Source: a virus
Reading direction: 5' to 3' (one strand)
Virus record (IMG/VR): IMGVR_UViG_3300032829_000008
Coordinates: 2,579 to 66,578 of that record
DNA length: 64,000 nucleotides
Part shown: positions 37,873 through 46,416 of the stretch, piece by piece
Numbering within the stretch: the stretch's first letter is position 1
How the letters are laid out: each line of letters begins with the position of its first letter
Made by a program: the position numbers and the translations under genes
The notes under the pieces: generated by a model
The model's input: the letters and a program-made list of their open reading frames with translations, nothing else
The model's database searches: none
Told to the model about the DNA's origin: nothing

Positions 37873-38297
37873 GCTTCGAGCACGGCATCCGCACCAAGGT
37901 GGTGGAGCTGCTGGCGGTGCTCCACGCGGTACCTGTGGAAAACAGCGTGCAGCAGGGCACGCCGGACGTCAACTGCAGCGTGGGGTGGATCGAGATCAAG
38001 TACGTGCCGCAGTGGCCAGCTCGCGGTGGACCCGTGCGTGTGGAGCACTTCACTACGCAGCAGCGCTGGTGGCTCAAGCAACGGCGGTTGGCCCGAGGCA
38101 GCTGTTGGTTGCTGCTGCGCGTGGCCAACGACTGGCTGCTGCTGCGCGGCTGCTGGGCTGCCGACCACCTGGGCACGGCCACCCGCGAGGAGCTGGAGAC
38201 TGGGGCGCGGTGCGTGTGGCGCGGGACCGCACCGCGTAACACCGAGCTGGTGGGTGCGCTGTTGCAGGACCACGGCCAGCAGAGGCAGGGCGCATGA
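37869..38297 (+). CDS. PD-(D/E)xK nuclease (VRR-NUC/Holliday junction resolvase-like)
   Basis: VEN....GTPDV....WIEIK...Q..WL. Confidence 0.8.
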   Translation: MSFEHGIRTKVVELLAVLHAVPVENSVQQGTPDVNCSVGWIEIKYVPQWPARGGPVRVEHFTTQQRWWLKQRRLARGSCWLLLRVANDWLLLRGCWAADHLGTATREELETGARCVWRGTAPRNTELVGALLQDHGQQRQGA

Positions 38298-38626
38298 GCG
38301 AACGCGAGAAGTTCCGGCAGGGCGTGTGGGACATGGTGCTGCGCCTGCAGACGGCGGCCCGGGACGATCATGTGACTCACGCGCAAATCGAGGCGATGTG
38401 GCACGGAGGACGCCAGTACGCTGAGCTGGGAGTCGAGCGCGTGGTGATTACTCTCAGTCGACCGCTTGGTCAGATTCCGGTACCCGCCGAGTACCAGGAC
38501 GATGGCTCCGTGGAGTTTGCGGAGAAGCGCGCCCTATTTTGGGCCAACGAGATGGATCAGCGGGAGAGGGAGCAGCAAGGGACTGAGCTGCAGCGCATCG
38601 AGAAGCAACTTAGGAGGACGCAGTGA
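38294..38626 (+). CDS. Hypothetical protein
   Basis: Overlapping start/stop. Confidence 0.45.
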   Translation: MSEREKFRQGVWDMVLRLQTAARDDHVTHAQIEAMWHGGRQYAELGVERVVITLSRPLGQIPVPAEYQDDGSVEFAEKRALFWANEMDQREREQQGTELQRIEKQLRRTQ

Positions 38627-38961
38627 AAAAGGAGGATCTGGGACTATTGCTGGGGGTCGCCGTGGGAGCAGCGCTCGAAGAGCTGCAGCGGCAGCTCGGC
38701 CCCATGGACAAGCAAATCCTACTCGAGGCGCTTCACCACGGCGTGCAGACGGGACTTGGCCACGTGCGGGGTCTGCGCGGTGCTAAGACCCGCGAGGAGC
38801 GGCGGATGGTCCCTGCCAAGGTGGCCATTGCCGCAGCGGCGGCCAAGCGCGCAGACGCGCGACGGCGCGAGGCGCTGCGCCAAGAGGAAGCCATGGCCAA
38901 CCCGTGCCGCCGCGAGGGCTGCACTATCATGGGCCTGCATCCGGCCCACGTGGAGTTGTAG
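38623..38961 (+). CDS. Hypothetical protein with C-terminal C2H2-like motif
   Basis: RBS AGGAGG; ends ANPCRREGCTIMGLHPAH. Confidence 0.5.
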   Translation: MKKEDLGLLLGVAVGAALEELQRQLGPMDKQILLEALHHGVQTGLGHVRGLRGAKTREERRMVPAKVAIAAAAAKRADARRREALRQEEAMANPCRREGCTIMGLHPAHVEL

Positions 38962-38962
38962 C

Positions 38963-39331
38963 GTGGGCGGCGATCGACGGTCCATCAGCGTCACAGGCGA
39001 GGCGCACCGCGCGCTGCAGGAGCTGGCGAAGCAGCGCAACAGGAGCATGTCCTCCATTGTCGAGGACTGGATCCGCGGCATGACAGGTCTTGCTCCTGCC
39101 GGTCACCGCGCGGTACCAGACTTGCGCGTCGAGGTGCGTGTTCTGGAGGACACCAAGCAAAGGATCGAAGAGCGCATTGAGCAGCGCCGCGCGGCCATCC
39201 GCGCGGCGCTGGACCAGCGCACGGCCGAGATAAAGATCCGAAACAGGGAGGAGGCCGAGCGCCGTGCGGAGGCTAACCCATGTCGCGATCCGAAGTGCCA
39301 TCGCACGGCGCTGCACGAGGCGCACAAGTGA
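38963..39331 (+). CDS. Ribbon-helix-helix DNA-binding protein with C-terminal C2H2-like motif
   Basis: RRSISVTGEAHRALQELAKQRNRSMSSIVEDWI is RHH-like. Confidence 0.6.
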   Translation: MGGDRRSISVTGEAHRALQELAKQRNRSMSSIVEDWIRGMTGLAPAGHRAVPDLRVEVRVLEDTKQRIEERIEQRRAAIRAALDQRTAEIKIRNREEAERRAEANPCRDPKCHRTALHEAHK

Positions 39332-41700
39332 GCGGCGGCCCCATCATGGAGGTGGCGCTGGGGTTCTTACGCTGGCTGCGGCCCGCGGGGCCTTGGATGC
39401 TGGTGGCCATCGCTCAGGAGAAGACCGGCATCAGGGCCCAGCACTTTACGGAGCTGGGGCGGGACATTGAGGAGTGGCTGTTGCGCCACCAGCAACACAA
39501 CATCTACTACCACGTCAATCCCACGCTGCGCCCCATGACCAAGAAAGCCGATCGTACGGACATTGCCGCCGTGGAACTGCTGCACGTTGATAGCGACCCG
39601 CGCGCTGGCGAGAACCTGCAGGACGAGCAGACGCGCATCCGCAAGTTGATGGACAACATGCCCCGCGGCGTACCCAAGCCCAGCGCCGTGGTCTTCAGCG
39701 GTGGCGGGTACAACGCGCTGTGGCGATTGCGCGAGCCCATTCCCCTGGGTGGTGACCTGGTCAAGGCGGAGGAGGCCAAGCGGTACAACCTGCAGTTGGA
39801 GATCCTGCTCGGCGGCGATAGTTGCCACAACGTGGACCGCATCCTGCGATTGCCCGGCACCGTCAATTGGCCCGACGAGAAGAAGCGCCGCAAGGGTCGG
39901 TTGCCGTGCACCGCGGACGTGGTGTGGCTGGAGGATACTACGTATCCCATCAGCGACTTCGTCGCCGCACCGCTGGTGCAGAGCCGCGCGGAGGGCGGCG
40001 GCCTGGCCCTGGGCGGCAGCATCCACGTGCAGATCAGCGGCAACGTGCCGCGGCTGCGCAGCGTTGACGAGCTTGGTGAGAAGGTTTCGCAACGCACAAA
40101 GATGCTCATCGTGCAGGGCATGGACCCCGACGAGCCGGGCAAGTGGTCCAGCCGCAGCGAGTTGCTGTTCCACGTGTGTGCAGAGTTGGTGCGCGCCGGC
40201 TGCACCGACGAGCAGATCTTCAGCGTTATCACCGACCCAGACTTTCTCATCAGCGCCAGCGTGCTGGACAAGGGTAGCGCCACGCGACGCTACGCCGAGC
40301 GGCAGATTCAACGTGCGCGGGAGGACGTCATCAACCCGCACCTGCGGGCGCTCAACGAACGGCACTGGGTAGTGGGCAACATCGGTGGCCGGTGCCGCGT
40401 GGTGGAGGAGGTAGTGGACCACGCGTTCGAGCGACCTCGCCTGACCATGCAGAGTTTCGAGGATATCCGCAACCGCTACATGAACGTGCGCGTGGAGATT
40501 GGCCGCGACGAGGACGGCCACGTGCGCACGGCACCGCTAGGCAAGTGGTGGCTGGAACACCCCAACCGACACCAGTATGAGAGGATCGTGTTTATGCCCA
40601 AGCGCGAGGCTCCGGGTTGCTACAACATGTGGCAGGGCTTTGCCTACGAGGCCAAGCCAGGCGACAAGCATCGAAAGTTCCTGGACCACGTGCGCACCGT
40701 GGTGTGCGGGGGTGTGTTGGAGTATTACGAGTACCTGGTGCGGTGGATGGCCCGAGGGATCCAGCAGCCCGATACGCCCGGGGAAGTGGCCGTGGTGCTC
40801 CGTGGTGACCAGGGCACCGGCAAGAGCACTGTCGCTCGCGAGTACGGCAGCCTGTGGGGCCGACATTACCTGGCGGTTAGCGACCCCAAGCACCTCGTGG
40901 GCAGCTTCAACGCGCACCTGCGGGACGCCGTGTTCGTGTTTGCCGACGAGGCCTTCTATGCCGGGGACAAGAAGCACGAGTCCATCCTCAAGACCATGAT
41001 CACCGAGGAACTGCTCACCATCGAGGCTAAGGGGCGCGATGTTGAGACGACCCGCAACTTCATCCACTTGATGATGGCTAGCAACGGTTCATGGGTGATC
41101 CCCGCCGGTCCCAACGAGCGGCGGTTCCTGGTACTGGACGTCAAGCGCCACCACATGGGCGATACCGCGTACTGGGAGGCGCTCAACGGCGACATGCGCA
41201 GCGGAGGCAGGGAGAATCTGCTCCACTACCTGCTGACGCTGGACCTGGCGGGGTTCGACGTGCGGCGCGTGCCCCGCACGGATGCGTTGCGCGACCAGAA
41301 GCTGCTGAGCTTCAGCAGCGAGCAGGAGTGGTGGTACCAAAAGCTGGAGGCGGGCCAGCTGCTGCGCAGCCACGTGGGATGGACCGCGCCAGTGTTCTGC
41401 GAAAGCCTGGTGGACGATTATCTCACGTACGCTCAACGGCTGGGCGGGACCAAGCGTGCCACGGCCACGGCCCTAGGTAGGTTCCTCCACGCCGCGCTGC
41501 CGGAGGGCTGGCCGCAGCGCAAGCAGATCAACCGCACATACGTGGACCCGCACACGCAAGCCCGCATGTCGGAGCGTGCGTACGCCTGGTTCATGCCACC
41601 GCTGGAGGAGTGCCGCGCCTGGTGGGACGCGCACTTTGGCGGACCGTACGCGTGGCCGCAGGACCACCACGAAGGACCAGAGACGCAGGAGGTGTTCTGA
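39328..41700 (+). CDS. Primase-helicase (RepB-like AEP primase plus SF3/DUF5906 helicase)
   Basis: HVDSD, FSGGGY, DRILRLPGTVN; GDQGTGKS, FADE, IEAKG, MASN, ERRF. Confidence 0.9.
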   Translation: MSGGPIMEVALGFLRWLRPAGPWMLVAIAQEKTGIRAQHFTELGRDIEEWLLRHQQHNIYYHVNPTLRPMTKKADRTDIAAVELLHVDSDPRAGENLQDEQTRIRKLMDNMPRGVPKPSAVVFSGGGYNALWRLREPIPLGGDLVKAEEAKRYNLQLEILLGGDSCHNVDRILRLPGTVNWPDEKKRRKGRLPCTADVVWLEDTTYPISDFVAAPLVQSRAEGGGLALGGSIHVQISGNVPRLRSVDELGEKVSQRTKMLIVQGMDPDEPGKWSSRSELLFHVCAELVRAGCTDEQIFSVITDPDFLISASVLDKGSATRRYAERQIQRAREDVINPHLRALNERHWVVGNIGGRCRVVEEVVDHAFERPRLTMQSFEDIRNRYMNVRVEIGRDEDGHVRTAPLGKWWLEHPNRHQYERIVFMPKREAPGCYNMWQGFAYEAKPGDKHRKFLDHVRTVVCGGVLEYYEYLVRWMARGIQQPDTPGEVAVVLRGDQGTGKSTVAREYGSLWGRHYLAVSDPKHLVGSFNAHLRDAVFVFADEAFYAGDKKHESILKTMITEELLTIEAKGRDVETTRNFIHLMMASNGSWVIPAGPNERRFLVLDVKRHHMGDTAYWEALNGDMRSGGRENLLHYLLTLDLAGFDVRRVPRTDALRDQKLLSFSSEQEWWYQKLEAGQLLRSHVGWTAPVFCESLVDDYLTYAQRLGGTKRATATALGRFLHAALPEGWPQRKQINRTYVDPHTQARMSERAYAWFMPPLEECRAWWDAHFGGPYAWPQDHHEGPETQEVF

Positions 41701-41891
41701 TGGAGACCAGACCGTTCGATAACATGATTGGCCGCCTCGACCGCATACTCAGCGAGTTCCTGGTGGTTGCCGAGCAGCCCATGGACGAGGCCGATAGGCA
41801 GACCATCAAGCACCATGCCGACGACTTGATCGGCGTGGGTAGTGCTGCCCTAAAGAGGATCGCCTCGGCGCGGCGAGAGGCGCAGAAATGA
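41700..41891 (+). CDS. Hypothetical protein
   Basis: TGATG overlap. Confidence 0.45.
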   Translation: METRPFDNMIGRLDRILSEFLVVAEQPMDEADRQTIKHHADDLIGVGSAALKRIASARREAQK

Positions 41892-41985
41892 ACGTGCCTA
41901 AGTGTGTCCACGGTGCGGAGTGGAACAAGTGCTGGTGTCATGCGCGCCGTGGGAGACGTGCGCCCACGGCGCATCGTCCTGAGCC

Positions 41986-42216
41986 TTGACCCCGGCGACG
42001 ATGGCCGGGGCGCATGGATGCTGGTGCTGCTGTGTACTGGTGGCACCTTCGTGGTGCTCGCCAGCGGCAACGACCCCGGCGGTCTCAGTTGCCCCGTCGG
42101 GGCGCGGTGTGCCATGGTTAGGCCCATGGGTGCCCGGGCAGTACAACGCGGAGAGATTCCGCGGGGCCGAACTGCTACCGGTCATTTATCAGCCTGGGCA
42201 CCCTACTTTCTCTTGA
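41986..42216 (+). CDS. Hypothetical protein
   Basis: Member of a chain of 4-nt start/stop overlaps (41888-41989, 41986-42216, 42213-42323). Confidence 0.3.
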   Translation: MTPATMAGAHGCWCCCVLVAPSWCSPAATTPAVSVAPSGRGVPWLGPWVPGQYNAERFRGAELLPVIYQPGHPTFS

Positions 42217-42323
42217 ACGGCTGTGCGGCGCTGGACGAGGGCGCGTGCTGGCCAATCGTGGCGCTGCTGATGTTGGGCAGCGTCCTCTCGCTGCTGGCCG
42301 CCCATTGGGCTAGGAAGGATTGA
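42213..42323 (+). CDS. Small single-TM protein (holin candidate)
   Basis: WPIVALLMLGSVLSLLAAHWARKD directly upstream of endolysin. Confidence 0.35.
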   Translation: MNGCAALDEGACWPIVALLMLGSVLSLLAAHWARKD

Positions 42324-43153
42324 CCATGCCCGGATTCGACGCTGCCGCCGTGGACGAGAACGGAGTCATCGATTGGAAGCGCGCTCGCGCGCAGGGCTGT
42401 ACCTTCGCGTACCTCAACGCGACACCAGGCAACAGCGTGTGGAACCAAGCACCAGCAGCCAGGGCTGCCGGCATGCGCGTGGGGCCGTACTGGTTCCCGG
42501 TGATCATGCGCGACTACCTCTCGCTGCCCACGCAGTGGGAGCGCGCGTACCGCACGGCGCAGGTCATCGCCGGCGACTTGCCCTGGGTGATGGACGTGGA
42601 GCTGCCGCACCAGCTCTCCGGCACCAAGATGAGCAGGGCAGAGGTGTGCGCCGCGTACCTGGCCGGCTACGACGCCATGGCGGGCGACCTGAAGTACGAC
42701 CCCGGCCTGTACGTCAGTCGTCGCGTGATGGACACGGACGACTCGGACACGCTCGCCGGTGGCCTGAATGGCCTGGCCAAGCGCGCGTGGCTGTGGCTGG
42801 CGTACTACCAGACGGGCGCTCCGCCGACGCCGCAGGCGTGGGGCGCCGACAACTGGTGGATTCACCAGGACCACGGCGACACGCACGGGTTGTTCGGCAT
42901 CCGCCAGGTGGACAGCGACCAGTGGCACTACCTGGTCACCGGCATGACCGGACCGCGCGTGGCACACCTGCAGTACAAACTGCAGGACATGGGGCTGGAC
43001 GGGGCGCACTCGCCGGACATCGTGCAGGGCGTGTACGATGCAGCCACCAAGGCTGCCGTGTGCGCGGCCCAGCGACACGCCGGTCTGGTCGAGGATGGCG
43101 TGGTGGGGCCAGACACGTTCGCCGTGATCTTCACCGCGCAGAGGACGGTATGA
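42320..43153 (+). CDS. Endolysin: GH25 muramidase with C-terminal peptidoglycan-binding domain
   Basis: IDW, G.Y.F, DVE, LWLA.Y, W.IHQ, VD.D; G.YD.AT..AV...Q...GL..DG.VGP.T. Confidence 0.88.
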   Translation: MTMPGFDAAAVDENGVIDWKRARAQGCTFAYLNATPGNSVWNQAPAARAAGMRVGPYWFPVIMRDYLSLPTQWERAYRTAQVIAGDLPWVMDVELPHQLSGTKMSRAEVCAAYLAGYDAMAGDLKYDPGLYVSRRVMDTDDSDTLAGGLNGLAKRAWLWLAYYQTGAPPTPQAWGADNWWIHQDHGDTHGLFGIRQVDSDQWHYLVTGMTGPRVAHLQYKLQDMGLDGAHSPDIVQGVYDAATKAAVCAAQRHAGLVEDGVVGPDTFAVIFTAQRTV

Positions 43154-43470
43154 TCCTCGTGCTGGTGGCGCTTGGTTGGACGGCCGCCTGCGCGGTGTGG
43201 CCACTGGTGATGGCCTACACGCTGGCCTTTACGCTGTACCTGCTGGCCGTGGCAACATTGGGATTGCTGCCGTGGCTGCTGGTGGAAAGCGCGCTGGGGC
43301 TGCTAGAGAGCTGGTCCATGCGACGATGGCAGCGCCGCATGGACAGGGAACCGCTCATTCCACCGGCAGTCGTGGTTGAAATCAAAGGTGGAAAACTCAA
43401 GCTGCTGGCGACCGCAACTGGCGACGCGGCAAGCGAGGCGACATGTCGGACACACTCGAACCTCAATTGA
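43150..43470 (+). CDS. Two-TM membrane protein (holin candidate)
   Basis: Long hydrophobic N-terminal half; directly after endolysin. Confidence 0.45.
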   Translation: MILVLVALGWTAACAVWPLVMAYTLAFTLYLLAVATLGLLPWLLVESALGLLESWSMRRWQRRMDREPLIPPAVVVEIKGGKLKLLATATGDAASEATCRTHSNLN

Positions 43471-43706
43471 TGGCCACGCTGCAGTGGCGCAAGCTGCGCA
43501 AGCTGCTGCTGGACGCCCTGCTGGATGTGGAGCTGCAGATCACCCACGAACTCGAGCTGGACGACGTCAACACGTTGCTGTCGTTTGTCGCCGAGCACTG
43601 GGGCCACGATGCACCCCGGCAGCTGGAGTACCACGATCTGGAGATGCGCATGCGCAAGCTGCAGGCCGAGCACGAGAAGCTCAAGGAGTACTGCCGTGAC
43701 CGATAA
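43443..43706 (+). CDS. Hypothetical coiled-coil protein
   Basis: RBS GAGG. Confidence 0.45.
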   Translation: MSDTLEPQLMATLQWRKLRKLLLDALLDVELQITHELELDDVNTLLSFVAEHWGHDAPRQLEYHDLEMRMRKLQAEHEKLKEYCRDR

Positions 43707-44235
43707 GCTGGTGAGGGAGGCCGCCGCTGGACGGGGCTTATGGATCGGCATCCCAGTACCGGTGGCGCAGTGGCGCGAGGAGAATCCGCTCCACCCACTG
43801 CTGCCGTGGCTGGGTGAGCGCGCGCACGTCACATTGCTACATATGGGCAAGCACCCGCAGACGGCTGCCATGCGCGTGGCGACGGCGCTGGCAGCAGCGC
43901 GCGCCGCGGCGGAGTGCTTGCCGGTGAAGTGCGCCGTCACCGGGCTGGGCTGGTTCAGCCGGCGCGCCGGACCGCCCACGCGCGTGGCCCTGGTCAACAG
44001 TCCATGGCTCACCAACCACCTGCGGCCCCGCGTATACCAGCGAGCCTCGCAGGAGTTGGCCCTGGACGACTGGTTCGGGTTTATCCCGCACGTGACGCTG
44101 ACCGAACCAGCGAACACCTCGTGGGAGGATCTGGAAGACACCATGGGAGGGTTCCTCGGGTGGCGCGCGGAGATCATCCAGGTGCACTGCGGCGAGGTCA
44201 CAGTGGACGTGGGCCTACCGGAGATGCCGTTTTGA
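43696..44235 (+). CDS. 2H phosphoesterase (2'-5' RNA ligase / Acb1-like)
   Basis: Two HxT motifs: AHVTLLHMG and FIPHVTL. Confidence 0.8.
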   Translation: MTDKLVREAAAGRGLWIGIPVPVAQWREENPLHPLLPWLGERAHVTLLHMGKHPQTAAMRVATALAAARAAAECLPVKCAVTGLGWFSRRAGPPTRVALVNSPWLTNHLRPRVYQRASQELALDDWFGFIPHVTLTEPANTSWEDLEDTMGGFLGWRAEIIQVHCGEVTVDVGLPEMPF

Positions 44236-44495
44236 GGCCCCGAAAACCCAGCTATGCTGTGATCGTGGCCAAGCTGCAGGCAGCAGAGAAGGAGATCCAG
44301 CAGCTGCGCCGCGCCGGAGGTGCCGATGTGCTGGCCGTGGCGCAAGCGCTGCTCCAGATCCTGGAGGCGGAGGAGGGTTACATGGCCCCGGAGCATCAGG
44401 CAACGGTGCGCACCGCGCGCGCCGTGCTGGACAACGTCACGCGACCTACGACGCCAAGAAGCGCGCCTCGCCGCACTGGGATTCGTACCCGCTAG
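44232..44495 (+). CDS. Hypothetical protein
   Basis: TTG overlapping upstream stop. Confidence 0.4.
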   Translation: MRPRKPSYAVIVAKLQAAEKEIQQLRRAGGADVLAVAQALLQILEAEEGYMAPEHQATVRTARAVLDNVTRPTTPRSAPRRTGIRTR

Positions 44496-44528
44496 GCAGT
44501 TTGTAACCCCCACTAAAGGAGCAATGTC

Positions 44529-44741
44529 ATGAAGAAGAAACTGTCTCTCCGTAAAGAGTCGATCCAGAAGCTTGGGAGCAGGGCGCTCTCTCAGGTGGTT
44601 GGTGGAGTCGACCAAACCGACACCTGCCTCGGCACTCAGTGCCTGTGTTACCCGACGTACGGGCCGGACTGCCACACCGTCGGTTTCACGCAGTGCCTGT
44701 GCTCGGCTGGTCACACCAACTGCGGCTGCGTGGGCGGGTGA
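44529..44741 (+). CDS. Lanthipeptide-like RiPP precursor peptide
   Basis: Leader MKKKLSLRKESIQKL...LSQVVGG and Cys/Thr-rich core; strong RBS TAAAGGAG. Confidence 0.72.
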   Translation: MKKKLSLRKESIQKLGSRALSQVVGGVDQTDTCLGTQCLCYPTYGPDCHTVGFTQCLCSAGHTNCGCVGG

Positions 44742-44905
44742 CGACAGTCCGCATCCAAGGTCCGGGCTGGGAGGTGGTGACCGAGGTCGCCTCGGTGTAC
44801 GGCGATGCCGCTGGCGTGGCCCGCCGGCTGCGCGCCGAGGGCCTGGCAGCGCAGAAGCGCGGCGCGGAGGTGCTGGTCAATGCGAACGCCGAGCGCCGCG
44901 CGTGA
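44738..44905 (+). CDS. Hypothetical protein
   Basis: GTGA overlap. Confidence 0.4.
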   Translation: MTTVRIQGPGWEVVTEVASVYGDAAGVARRLRAEGLAAQKRGAEVLVNANAERRA

Positions 44906-45188
44906 TCCGCGGTGCCTGTGGCCGAACCTGCGCCCCGGCGACTGGGTGTGGTTCAACGGCACGCGCCGGCTGTTGGTGGACCTGGGGCGCCGCGTGGTCA
45001 CCTTCTACAAGATCGGGCACAGCTGGACCGATCCCAACCCGCGCGCCACGTACGACGTGTACGCGGTGAAGCGGGCGGGTGGTCTGCGCCTGGCGCGCCA
45101 CGGCGGGATCGCCAGCAGGGCGAGGGCGAGGTGGGCAATCGAATGGGTGAAGCCATCCGTTAACGGCGGCAGTGTAAACGGACGTTAA
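44805..45188 (+). CDS. Hypothetical protein (true start uncertain, probably near 44900)
   Basis: LRPGDWV.FNG..R.V SH3-like segment. Confidence 0.35.
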   Translation: MPLAWPAGCAPRAWQRRSAARRCWSMRTPSAARDPRCLWPNLRPGDWVWFNGTRRLLVDLGRRVVTFYKIGHSWTDPNPRATYDVYAVKRAGGLRLARHGGIASRARARWAIEWVKPSVNGGSVNGR

Positions 45189-45238
45189 CGCACGCCCGAC
45201 GCGTCTAGGAAGAACACGCTCTTAGATGCGCTTGTGTT

Positions 45239-45254
45239 TGGCCCCCGGGTTGCT
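45239..45254 (+). promoter_or_regulatory. sigma54-type promoter P3 (also fits sigma70 TTGTGT-17-TATCAT)
   Basis: TGGCCC-CCGGG-TTGCT; GTTAAC/GTAAAC/GTTAAC at 45159/45174/45184; ATG 14 nt after the C. Confidence 0.7.
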
Positions 45255-45266
45255 TATCATTGGGGC

Positions 45267-45566
45267 ATGACGAACAGCAGCAAGAACCCCAAGTACCTCA
45301 CACTGGTGGCCGACGGCGCGGAGATGGTCCTCGCGGAGGGCGCCGATGTCGAGAAGTTCCTCAATGCCCAGGCGCGCGGTCCCGCCGGCAGCTGCCCGGG
45401 GCCGGTGATGACCCGCAAGTTCCAGACCAACATGCCGCGCACGTACGGCGCGCTGCTGGAGCAGCTGGCCGGCGAGCTGGGCACCGAGAGCGAGGCGGCC
45501 ACGCTGCGCGCGGTGGTGCAGGCGGGCCTGCGGGCGCTGGGCTGCGACCTTGACGACGAGGAGTAA
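45267..45566 (+). CDS. Hypothetical protein with RHH-like C-terminus (possible regulator)
   Basis: KFQTNMPRTYGALLEQLAGELGTESEAATLRAVV; no SD before ATG. Confidence 0.55.
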   Translation: MTNSSKNPKYLTLVADGAEMVLAEGADVEKFLNAQARGPAGSCPGPVMTRKFQTNMPRTYGALLEQLAGELGTESEAATLRAVVQAGLRALGCDLDDEE

Positions 45567-45603
45567 TGAGGACGGTGCTGGGGCGGAGGCGATGCAGAAG
45601 TAA

Positions 45604-45668
45604 GCCACCGGGCGGAGCTGGTGCCCGCCGGATGATAGCCCGCCGGGGTTCGATTCCCCGCGGTGGCA
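45604..45668 (+). ncRNA. Minimal tRNA-like RNA (non-canonical; GAT at the anticodon position)
   Basis: Acceptor GCCACCG/CGGTGGC+A, T-arm CGGGG-TTCGATT-CCCCG, D-like hairpin with TGG, no variable loop, no CCA. Confidence 0.6.
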
Positions 45669-45681
45669 CTGGAGGTTACCA

Positions 45682-45912
45682 ATGGACGACAAGCAGAAGG
45701 GCGTGCGCCGCCGCACCGAGATGTTCTTGAAGAACGAGCGTGGGAAGCCACACGAGTTCGACCGCCTGCACGCGGTGCTGTGCCTCACCCACGGTTGGGC
45801 CAACAACGAAGAGGACCTGCAGGCGAGCATCGCGCTGCGCGACATCGTGGACACCGAGTTGATCGCCGAGCGGTGCGACGAGCTGCTGATGAAGGGGCGC
45901 TCTCATGGATAG
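45682..45912 (+). CDS. Hypothetical protein
   Basis: RBS GGAGGT. Confidence 0.5.
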   Translation: MDDKQKGVRRRTEMFLKNERGKPHEFDRLHAVLCLTHGWANNEEDLQASIALRDIVDTELIAERCDELLMKGRSHG

Positions 45913-46087
45913 CGCGCCCCGGTGCAAGCACTGCGGCGCTCTGCTCAAGCGCCACAAGTTTGCCGGCGATCTGCCTGGTGTGGGTGGCGACGGCAAGTCG
46001 CGCGAGTACGGCTACCTGGGTGATAACACCTTTTGCAGCAAGGAGCACGGCTACCAGTACGGGCTGACCGAGGTGCGCCGTGGATAG
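45905..46087 (+). CDS. Small Zn-finger-like protein
   Basis: CKHCG ... GY.G...FCS..HG. Confidence 0.5.
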   Translation: MDSAPRCKHCGALLKRHKFAGDLPGVGGDGKSREYGYLGDNTFCSKEHGYQYGLTEVRRG

Positions 46088-46334
46088 CCACATCGTCGAG
46101 CTGACCGCCAGGGCCTTCGCGCCTGGCCTCGTGCGGGACCAGTGGGTGCGCCTGGCTCGATTCCACGACCTGTGCGTCGCCGCGCAGGATTGGCACGCGG
46201 TGCGCCTGGTGGGTGTTGCGCTGCGTCCCCACATGAACGGGTGGGTCCCCACGCTGGTGGAGGTGCAGGCGGCGATCAGGGCCATGGCGGTGCTGGCGGC
46301 GCGGGACGTGTACGAGCCGGATAGGGCACCGTGA
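46080..46334 (+). CDS. Hypothetical protein
   Basis: RBS GAGGT. Confidence 0.4.
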   Translation: MDSHIVELTARAFAPGLVRDQWVRLARFHDLCVAAQDWHAVRLVGVALRPHMNGWVPTLVEVQAAIRAMAVLAARDVYEPDRAP

Positions 46335-46416
46335 GGTACCATCACCGGTTTACACCCGACCGCGTACGGGTGTTAACACCGCGAGGCGAAGTACCCGGAA
46401 CCAGGCAGAAGAGGGG

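Noticed and set aside
41904-42323. 139-aa ORF as one gene
   Set aside because: A chain of three short ORFs with 4-nt start/stop overlaps explains the region better; still uncertain
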